DNA of 24,000 nucleotides from Lolliginicoccus lacisalsi (GTDB lineage Bacteria; Actinomycetota; Actinomycetes; Mycobacteriales; Mycobacteriaceae): NCBI RefSeq assembly GCF_014841105.1, contig NZ_JACYWE010000001.1, positions 205,517 to 229,516 of the forward strand, read 5' to 3'. Shown piece by piece: positions 17,260 to 24,000 of this stretch (position 1 is its first letter; each line of letters starts with the position of its first letter). The notes under the pieces were generated by a model. It saw only the letters and a program-made list of their open reading frames with translations, ran no database searches and was not told where the DNA came from. The position numbers and the translations under genes were made by a program.

Positions 17260-18361
17260 GGGTGGCCTCCTGGATCTCGAGGCGGCGGTAGAGGTAGTAG
17301 GCGGCGCACGCTCCCTCGGACGACACCATGGTCGCGCCGAGCGGGGTGCGTGGGGTGCATTGCTTGCCGAACGCGGCGCACTCGTGGGGCTTGATGAGCC
17401 CTTGCAGCACCTCGCCGGAACGGCAGATCGCGGATTCGTCGGTGTGGAGGTCGTGGACGTGGAAGCGATGCTCGGCGTCGAACTCGCGGTACTTGGGCGC
17501 GAGCTGCCAGCCGCTGTCGGGGATGGTGCCGATGCCGCGCCAGCCGCGGTCGGTGATCTCGAAGACGTCGTCGAGCATCTGCTTGGCGGGGAGGTTGCCC
17601 TCGGGGCGGACGGCGCGCTGGTAGGCGTTGTCGAGGTGGTGCTCCCCCTTCTCGAGCTGCTCGACGGTGCGGCGGATGCCCTCAAGGATGTCGAGGGGCT
17701 CGAAGCCAGTGACGACGATGGGTACCTGGTACTTGTCGCACAGGGCTGGGTACTCCTCGGTGCCCATGACCGAGCACACGTGCCCGGCGGCGAGGAAGGC
17801 CTGGACGCGGCAGGTGGGTGACTCCATGATCGCCGCGATCGCCGGTGGCACGAGCACGTGGGAGACGAGCAGCGAGAAGTTGTGGATGCCGAGGCGCTTG
17901 GCCTGGTAGACGGTCATGGCGTTGGCGGGGGCGGTGGTCTCGAAGCCGATGCCGAAGAACACGACCTGCCGATCAGGGTTTTCGCGGGCGATGCGCAGCG
18001 CGTCGAGCGGCGAGTAGACGACGCGGATGTCACCGCCCTGGCTCTTGATGCGGAAGAGGTCGGACTCGCTGCCGGGGACGCGGAGCATGTCGCCGAAGGA
18101 GCAGAAGGTGACGTCGGGGCGGGCGGCGATCTCGAGCGCCTTGTCGATGATCTCGAGCGGCGTGACGCAGACGGGGCAGCCGGGGCCGTGGATCATCTCG
18201 ATGCTGTCGGGGAGCAACTGGTCGATGCCGTGGCGGATGATCGAGTGCGTTTGCCCGCCGCAGACCTCCATGATCGCCCACCGCTGGGTGGTGGTGTCAC
18301 GAATCTGGTCGAGGAGCTTGCGCGCGAGGTCGGGGTTGCTGAACTCGTCGAGGTATTTCAT
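17252..18361 (-). CDS. hypD: hydrogenase maturation protein HypD (369 aa)
   Basis: [20 protein letters not shown]..., [27 protein letters not shown]. Confidence 0.93.
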
Positions 18362-18696
18362 GATGCCGCTGCCTTCCCATTGGTGCCGCCGGGCTGGTGC
18401 GCACCAGTCCCCGGCGGGTCGAGCCCCGCTTGCTTGGCGGCGAGCGCGAACTGGTCGCCGAATTCCTCGTCGAGAACACCGAGCTGCTCGAACTCGGCGA
18501 GGGTCTTCTTGGCGGATTCCTCGTCGAGGCGCTGGATGGCGAACCCTACGTGGACGATCACATAGTCACCGATGGTGGCGTCGGGGATGTAGTGCAAGCA
18601 GACGTCCTTGTGGACGCCCCCGAAGTCCACCTCGGCCATCAGGGTGCCGTCCCGTTCCTCCAGGTCGAGGATCCTCCCCGGTACTGCTAGGCACAT
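18358..18696 (-). CDS. hypC: HypC/HupF-family chaperone, long form (112 aa)
   Basis: [10 protein letters not shown]-terminus with the essential Cys2. ATGA overlap with the hypD start. It carries a ~30-aa C-terminal tail beyond the usual HypC length. Confidence 0.88.
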   Translation of the reverse strand: MCLAVPGRILDLEERDGTLMAEVDFGGVHKDVCLHYIPDATIGDYVIVHVGFAIQRLDEESAKKTLAEFEQLGVLDEEFGDQFALAAKQAGLDPPGTGAHQPGGTNGKAAAS

Positions 18697-18743
18697 CGTC
18701 TACCTCCTCGTTTCGCGGGCGGGCTCGCTGCCGGCCCGGTGGG

Positions 18744-21011
18744 TCATCGCATGGCTGCCACGATCAGTTGGCCGAGCGCGATCCCGCCGTCGTTGGGCGG
18801 CACGCGCCGGTGGACGAGCACCCGGAATCCCTCGTTCTCGAGGCCGCGGCGGGCGAGGGCGAGCAGCAAGGGATTCTGGAACACTCCCCCGGTGAGCGCT
18901 ACGGTTCCGAGGCCGCTGGATGCGCGGGCATCGCGCGCCCAGCGGACGGTGAGCCCGGCGATGGTGCCGTGGAAGCGGGCGCCGATGGTCCCGAGGGAGA
19001 CGCCGGCGCGCAGGTCCGCGATGACGGCGGCAAGCATCGGCGCGGGGTCCGCGATGCCACCGGCCATGCCGACCGGATAGGGGCTGGCCTCCGGGTGCTG
19101 GCGCGCGTGGCCCTCGAGCTCGATGGCGGCCGCGGCCTCGTGGTCAACGACCTGTCGTGCCCCGGCGAGGGCGGCGACGGCATCGAAGAGCCGCCCCATG
19201 CTGGTCGTGGGCGCGCAGCCGAGGCCCGTGTCGAGCTGGTGGCGCAGCACCTGCCGCTCGGCGTCGGGGCAGGCCGCCACGGGCGGGAGGTCCTCGTCCC
19301 AGTCCAGGCCCGCGGCGTGAAGGTGGGCGAGCGCCATCCGGTAGGGGCGGCGCACGGTCACGTCCCCGCCCGGCAGCGGCACTTCCTTGAGATGCCCGAA
19401 GCGCTGCACGTCCTTGTATCCACCGATCAGGACCTCCCCGCCCCACACAGCACCGTCGGTGCCGTATCCGGTGCCGTCGTAGGCCAGCCCGATGACGGAT
19501 TCGGTGTCGTCGAGGCCATGCTCGGCCATCACCGCAGCGATGTGCGCGTGATGATGCTGGACGAGGTGCACGGGACGTTCCCCGGCGTGACGGCGGGCCC
19601 AGGCGGCGGAACGGTACGCGGGGTGCGCATCGATGGCGAGCTGCTCGGGCTCGACGCCGGTGAGGTGCTGGAGGTGCTGCTCGGTAGCTGTCAGCGCCCG
19701 CAGTGTCGCGAGGTCGTCCATATCGCCGATGTGCTGGCTGAGCCACGCGTACCGGCCGTCGGCCACCGCGCAAGTATTCTTCACGTCCGCGCCAACGGCC
19801 AGCGTCGGGCGCACGCGGATGGGCACGGCCAACGGCAGGGGTGCGTATCCGCGGGAGCGGCGCAGCGGCATCTCGGTGTCGTCGACGACGCGGGCGACGG
19901 AATCATCGCAGGGCACGAGGATGGGCCGGTCGTGCAGCAGGATCGCATCCGCGATGCCGTGCAGGCGCTCGATGGCATCGTCGTTGCGGTAGGCGATCGG
20001 CTCCCCACCAAGATTGCCGGAGGTCATCACCAGCACCTCGGGGCCGGGTGGATCACCGGGCAGCCCGAGCAGCAAGTAATGCAGCGGGGTGTAGGCGATC
20101 ATCACGCCCACATCGGGGATCCCGGGCGCCACGCCTGCGGCGAGTGGCTCGATCTTCGCGAGCAGCAGGATAGGCCGCTGCGGGCTGCTCAGGACGCGCG
20201 CCTCGGTGTCGTTGATCCGCGCGATACGCCGGGCGGTGGCTAGGTCGCGCACCATGACGGCGAATGGCTTGCTCGGGCGGTGCTTGCGGTCGCGCAGGGC
20301 GGCGACGGCGGCAGCGTTGGTGGCATCGCAGGCAAGGTGGAAGCCGCCGATGCCTTTGACGGCGATGATGTGGCCGGTGGCGAGCAGCTCGCGGGCGCGG
20401 GCGAGCGCCTCCTCGCCCCGCAGGCTGCCAGCGGCATCGATCAGCTCGAGGGTGGGCCCGCAGCTAGTGCACGCGATGGGCTGGGCGTGGAAGCGCCGAT
20501 CAGCAGGATCGCGATACTCGGCGGCGCAGTCCGCGCACATCGGGAAGCCCGACATGGTGGTCGAGCACCGGTCGTAGGGAAGTTCCCGGATGATGGTGAA
20601 TCGTGGCCCGCAGTTGGTACAGGTGATGAAGGGATGCCGGTAGCGGCGATCGGCGGGGTCCTGCATTTCGCGCAGGCAGTCCGCGCAGATCGCGACATCC
20701 GGGGACGCGAGAGTACGACCGCCGGCGTGGTGCGAGGTGCTGGCAATGCGGAACCCCGTGCCACCGCGCACCCGGACCGGCTCCGCGCGCACCTGCTCGA
20801 CGACGGCGAGCGGGGGCGGCTGCTCCTTCACACGCCGGGCGAACTCCTCGACCGCCGCGGGGGTGCCCTCCACCTCGATAATGACGCCGTCACTGTCATT
20901 GCTGACCTCCCCGCTGAGGGCGAGCTCGGATGCGGTGGCGTAGACGAAGGGCCGGAACCCGACGCCCTGGACCACACCGTTGACGTGGAGCCGCTGCCGG
21001 ATGCGCGTCAT
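18744..21011 (-). CDS. hypF: carbamoyltransferase HypF (755 aa)
   Basis: Acylphosphatase domain (VNGVVQGVGFRPFVY), two Zn-finger pairs (CADCLREMQDPADRRYRHPFITCTNCGPRFT; CADCAAEYRDPADRRFHAQPIACTSCGP), and YrdC and Kae1-like domains. Confidence 0.95.
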   Translation of the reverse strand: MTRIRQRLHVNGVVQGVGFRPFVYATASELALSGEVSNDSDGVIIEVEGTPAAVEEFARRVKEQPPPLAVVEQVRAEPVRVRGGTGFRIASTSHHAGGRTLASPDVAICADCLREMQDPADRRYRHPFITCTNCGPRFTIIRELPYDRCSTTMSGFPMCADCAAEYRDPADRRFHAQPIACTSCGPTLELIDAAGSLRGEEALARARELLATGHIIAVKGIGGFHLACDATNAAAVAALRDRKHRPSKPFAVMVRDLATARRIARINDTEARVLSSPQRPILLLAKIEPLAAGVAPGIPDVGVMIAYTPLHYLLLGLPGDPPGPEVLVMTSGNLGGEPIAYRNDDAIERLHGIADAILLHDRPILVPCDDSVARVVDDTEMPLRRSRGYAPLPLAVPIRVRPTLAVGADVKNTCAVADGRYAWLSQHIGDMDDLATLRALTATEQHLQHLTGVEPEQLAIDAHPAYRSAAWARRHAGERPVHLVQHHHAHIAAVMAEHGLDDTESVIGLAYDGTGYGTDGAVWGGEVLIGGYKDVQRFGHLKEVPLPGGDVTVRRPYRMALAHLHAAGLDWDEDLPPVAACPDAERQVLRHQLDTGLGCAPTTSMGRLFDAVAALAGARQVVDHEAAAAIELEGHARQHPEASPYPVGMAGGIADPAPMLAAVIADLRAGVSLGTIGARFHGTIAGLTVRWARDARASSGLGTVALTGGVFQNPLLLALARRGLENEGFRVLVHRRVPPNDGGIALGQLIVAAMR

Positions 21012-21262
21012 GGTGGGTCACCGCGCGGGGAGGCGCGCCCCATCATCTCGAGCCCGGCGCGCGCCTGGGCAGCTCCTTCCGGGCTGGTGCGCTCGACCGC
21101 GAAGCCCATATGGATGATGACCCATTCGCCCGGCCGCACGGGCTGCTCGTCGAGCATGCCGATATTGACCTTGCGCAGTTGCCCCTCGACGTCGACGAGG
21201 GCGAGCTGGTCGCCGTAGCCGTCGAGCATGTGGTCGACGCGGCCGGGGATGCCGAGGCACAT
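21008..21262 (-). CDS. hypC: HypC/HybG-family chaperone, short form (84 aa)
   Basis: MCLGIPGRV N-terminus. ATGA overlap with the hypF start. Confidence 0.88.
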   Translation of the reverse strand: MCLGIPGRVDHMLDGYGDQLALVDVEGQLRKVNIGMLDEQPVRPGEWVIIHMGFAVERTSPEGAAQARAGLEMMGRASPRGDPP

Positions 21263-21265
21263 GGG

Positions 21266-21784
21266 TCAGCCCTCCGTGCTCGCGGTGGCGAGATGCGTGG
21301 TGATGGTGTCCGCGACAGCGCGGGCTGCAGTAGCCACGGCGGCCTCGAGCGGCGGGGAGAGCCCGATGCCCTCCTCGAAGGTGGCGGCCTCGCATCCGAC
21401 GACGAACGTGCGGGGCAGGGCGCCGCCGAGCGCGTCGAGGGTCGCGAACACGGCAGCCGGATCCATCGCGTGCCCGTCGATCCCCGACGCATCCCGGGGC
21501 ACCGCGGTGGAGCGCAGCGCCACGAGGTCCGGGGCCTCCACCTCGAGGATGTGCACGGTGCCGGGGCTGCCGCGGGACGGGATGGCGTCGACGAGGATCA
21601 GCGCGTCCCAGTCCTCGAGGAGGTCATAGGCGAGGTGCATGCCGCGGATGCCGTAGTCGACGCAGCGCACCGTGCCTGGCAGGGCGATGGTGCCCTCCCC
21701 GAGGACGCGCAGCACGGCGGGGCCGAAGCCATCGTCGCCGAGGAAGATGTTCCCGATGCCTGCCACGAGCACGTGCGCTGCCAT
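21266..21784 (-). CDS. [NiFe]-hydrogenase maturation endopeptidase (HyaD/HupD/HoxM family), 172 aa
   Basis: VLVAGIGNIFLGDDGFGPAV..., LILVDA and GTVHILE motifs. AGGAGG lies 6 nt upstream of ATG 21784. Confidence 0.88.
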   Translation of the reverse strand: MAAHVLVAGIGNIFLGDDGFGPAVLRVLGEGTIALPGTVRCVDYGIRGMHLAYDLLEDWDALILVDAIPSRGSPGTVHILEVEAPDLVALRSTAVPRDASGIDGHAMDPAAVFATLDALGGALPRTFVVGCEAATFEEGIGLSPPLEAAVATAARAVADTITTHLATASTEG

Positions 21785-21794
21785 GCCTGACCTC

Positions 21795-21914
21795 CTACAT
21801 CTGCCGCATGCGCATGTACCGCTTCATGTCGGGAATGTTCTTGATCCCGACCATCACCCCGAGTGCCGCGATGGCCGACACCACGGCGGTGGTGATCATG
21901 CCGACGATTCTCAT
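21795..21914 (-). CDS. 39-aa single-TM micro-protein (not in the ORF track because it is under 60 aa)
   Basis: Hand translation: MRIVGMITTAVVSAIAALGVMVGIKNIPDMKRYMRMRQM*. ATGA overlap with the stop of the upstream 483-aa gene (21911-21914). GGAAGGAGG lies 6 nt upstream. It fills the otherwise empty 21785-21910 gap. Confidence 0.6.
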   Translation of the reverse strand: MRIVGMITTAVVSAIAALGVMVGIKNIPDMKRYMRMRQM

Positions 21915-23362
21915 GGCGTTGCCTCCTTCCAGGTTCGAGCGCCCTCGCCGCCGTGGGGTTCACGGTCCGGGCCGGGGGGTGGCTCGTGGGGTGCGCCGGG
22001 CAGGGGCTCGAGCTCGCTCGGCGCGAAGTAGAAGTACCGGCCGAACCAGTCGTGCAGGTCGGCCGCGGGATCATCGACGAGCACCACCCCGACGTGGGTG
22101 GAGCCGTCGACGTCGGTCTGCACGTTTGCCACGCGCGCCACCTGGTCGCGGAAGAAGATGTCCTGCGCGTCCGCTCCCCGCCGTGGGTGCACCCGCACCA
22201 GGCTGCCCTTGCCGATGAGTGTTCCGGCGATGACCGTGGTGGCGGTGCCGGGATCGACGCTCGAATCCACGACTGGGTCCCACCAGGGCTTGTCGCCGGA
22301 GCCAGAAGAATCAGGGATAGCAGGATCAGGCTCGCGGTAGGTGGGTATCTCGTCGCGGAAGGTGCCGTGCAGCGCGGCGAGCGATTCCGCGGTGGAGCCG
22401 TCGGCGCGGTCGATGATGCCGGCGGCGAGGGGGTCGGTGGCCCGCGCGAGTTCTTTCTCGGCATCGGTCATCGCCATGACGCGCAGGGTGAGGATCTCGT
22501 CGATCTCGGTGGCGTCGAACATGGGCCCGGTGCTCTCCCCGGCGATCTCGGGGTAGTCGTAGAGGATGATCGGCGACACGAGCATGATGCGTCGCTCGCC
22601 CGGAGCTCCGGCGAGCACGGGGAAGCAGCGGTGGTGGGTGCGGGCGCGGGCGGCGTCCTCGGCGGCGCGGTCGGGCTCGAGCAGGGATACAAGCTCCCCG
22701 TCGGGGGTGGTGACGATCAGGTGGGCGCCGAGCAGGGAGTGGCGTATCGCGTCGGTGCGCGCGTCGGGGCCGGTGGGCTCGGCACTGGTGTTGCGGACCT
22801 CGAGGACGAGGGTGCTGAGGCCGTCGGCCATCGGGGTTCGGCGCAGGATCGCTTTGGCGCGCAAGGGCCAGCGGGTGCGGCGCAGCCGGCATTCGGGACC
22901 AAGCGTCTCGATGTCCTCGCCGCCGTCGATTGCCGCATCGCGCACCGGCTTCTGGACCTGTCCAGGTGTGCCGGATAGATCCCATTCAAGCTCGATCTCG
23001 TGGGCGATGGCCTCGTCCCAGCTGACGTACCGGCGATCCCCCACCCAGGCCTCGGGCACGGGCTCGTAGCGGCCGTCGCGCAGCTCCTCGACCTCGCGCC
23101 GCTGCAATTGCAGGAAGCGCAGCGTGGCGTGGATGACGGTGCCCCCACGCAGCAGGAGCTCAGTGGCGAGTCGGGAATCCTCGCCGGTGCTGGCCTCGGC
23201 CGCACCGGGCGGTCCGAGCACCCCGAACTGCCAGCGTGCCTGGTTCTTGCGGGAATCGGCCCGGTAGGGATACAGCAGGTAGCCCTCATAGAGAACGGCG
23301 TCGGCGACGGCCCTCGCGCGCGCCAGGCTCTCGGTCCCGAAGCCGATGGGTGTGCTGCTCAT
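21911..23362 (-). CDS. conserved hypothetical protein of actinobacterial hydrogenase clusters (483 aa)
   Basis: Long GC3-biased ORF. 4-nt overlap with the upstream gene at its start (23359-23362) and ATGA overlap with the micro-ORF at its stop (21911-21914). YEGYLLYPYRADSRKNQARWQFGVLGP N-terminal block. No catalytic motif recognised. Confidence 0.7.
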   Translation of the reverse strand: MSSTPIGFGTESLARARAVADAVLYEGYLLYPYRADSRKNQARWQFGVLGPPGAAEASTGEDSRLATELLLRGGTVIHATLRFLQLQRREVEELRDGRYEPVPEAWVGDRRYVSWDEAIAHEIELEWDLSGTPGQVQKPVRDAAIDGGEDIETLGPECRLRRTRWPLRAKAILRRTPMADGLSTLVLEVRNTSAEPTGPDARTDAIRHSLLGAHLIVTTPDGELVSLLEPDRAAEDAARARTHHRCFPVLAGAPGERRIMLVSPIILYDYPEIAGESTGPMFDATEIDEILTLRVMAMTDAEKELARATDPLAAGIIDRADGSTAESLAALHGTFRDEIPTYREPDPAIPDSSGSGDKPWWDPVVDSSVDPGTATTVIAGTLIGKGSLVRVHPRRGADAQDIFFRDQVARVANVQTDVDGSTHVGVVLVDDPAADLHDWFGRYFYFAPSELEPLPGAPHEPPPGPDREPHGGEGARTWKEATP

Positions 23363-24000
23363 GGTGCCTCCCCTGCCTCGCGGTCATGCAGCAGCAGCAG
23401 CGTCACTGCCGCGTCGAGCGAGGTGAGTCCCTTCGCCGCCTTGTAGCGCAGCAACTGGTTCATGGTGCTGGTCTCCAGGCGCAGCCAGCCGCTGTCCGGG
23501 TAGTGCTGGGCGATCAGGTCATGCCACACCTGCAGCGGCATGTCGTGGCTGGCCTCGCAATGCCACGGGATGCGCTGGACGTGGATGCCGTCGCCGCTGC
23601 GGGTGAAGATCGTTCCGCTGAACAGGAACACCAGCGGCACCGCGGCATGCTGCTCCCCCGCTGCCTGATCGAGGGCGTGCAAGTACTTCGACGCGGTCAC
23701 CTCGAAGTCGTAGGTGCAGGGCACGGGCAGGGCGGCGTCGTAGGTGCCGACGAAGCCGGGCACTGTGGTGGCGGTGTGCAGCCACGGGAACGGGCGGACG
23801 CTCGACGACCACTGGTCGCGGGGGCCGAACATGTCGCGCAGGCCCGCCGCCTCGTCGTCGCTGTAGGGGCGGCGCTGGGGCTCGATGCGGATCTGGCAGT
23901 TGAGAACCATGGCGTGCACCTGGGCGCCGGTGCTCTCGGTGATGCGCAGGCCAGCGAGCAGGTTGGGGGTGGCGGCGTACTTCTCGGGGGCCACCTCGAT
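23359..24000 (-). CDS. conserved hypothetical protein of hydrogenase clusters (DUF6084-like), 5' end beyond window
   Basis: The frame stays open to nt 24000 (IEVAPEKYAATPNLLAGLRITE...QIRIEPQRRPY...). Its stop overlaps the downstream gene start. Confidence 0.65.
   Translation of the reverse strand: MEVAPEKYAATPNLLAGLRITESTGAQVHAMVLNCQIRIEPQRRPYSDDEAAGLRDMFGPRDQWSSSVRPFPWLHTATTVPGFVGTYDAALPVPCTYDFEVTASKYLHALDQAAGEQHAAVPLVFLFSGTIFTRSGDGIHVQRIPWHCEASHDMPLQVWHDLIAQHYPDSGWLRLETSTMNQLLRYKAAKGLTSLDAAVTLLLLHDREAGEAP

Noticed and set aside
16195-17394. 399-aa + strand ORF (Gly/Asp/Val/Ala-rich)
   Set aside because: It is a shadow ORF antisense to hypE.
18027-20243. 738-aa + strand ORF
   Set aside because: It is antisense to hypD, hypC and hypF and is Arg/Gly/Pro-rich. 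The opposite strand carries unmistakable Hyp motifs.
21953-22978. 341-aa + strand ORF, plus the other-frame minus-strand ORFs 21598..22464 and 22326..22985
   Set aside because: The + strand ORF is antisense to the 483-aa conserved hydrogenase-cluster gene and the two minus-strand ORFs overlap it in other frames. All three have low-complexity Arg/Pro composition.

Overview
This is a high-GC (about 70%) actinobacterial chromosomal window. The gene content (GPP34, limonene-epoxide-hydrolase-like, EspC/WXG-type proteins, Hyp cluster) suggests a Mycobacteriales-like organism. I saw no rRNA, tRNA or CRISPR. Layout: (1) 1-6525 holds housekeeping-type genes: a 5'-truncated allophanate hydrolase, a secreted protein, a polytopic membrane protein, a GPP34-family protein and a short class-II UvrA paralogue. 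(2) 6600-15300 is an accessory stretch punctuated by three same-orientation copies of an about 50-nt hairpin repeat (family B). A complete IS30-family element has inserted precisely into the loop of the middle copy. Between the second and third copies lie a co-directional HTH-antitoxin / long PIN / UDG-superfamily / PH-like array and, divergent from it, an orphan type VII-secretion-substrate-like cassette: an EspC-like small protein, a 756-aa WXG-type protein and a translationally coupled lipoprotein. (3) 15309-24000 is a minus-strand [NiFe]-hydrogenase maturation cluster with two hypC genes, hypF, hypD, hypE, an endopeptidase, several conserved unknowns and an untracked 39-codon membrane micro-ORF. 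The best candidate for something new is the T7SS-like cassette. GC drops abruptly from about 72% to 43-55% in the middle of the large gene. The low-GC block covers its last ~255 codons, the ATGA gene junction and the first ~120 codons of the lipoprotein gene. A ~52-aa module occurs once at the C-terminus of the large protein and twice in the lipoprotein. This looks like exchange of a C-terminal domain together with its partner gene, as in polymorphic effector/immunity loci, but no known toxin fold is recognisable. All family assignments come from motif reading by eye and none was confirmed by a database search.
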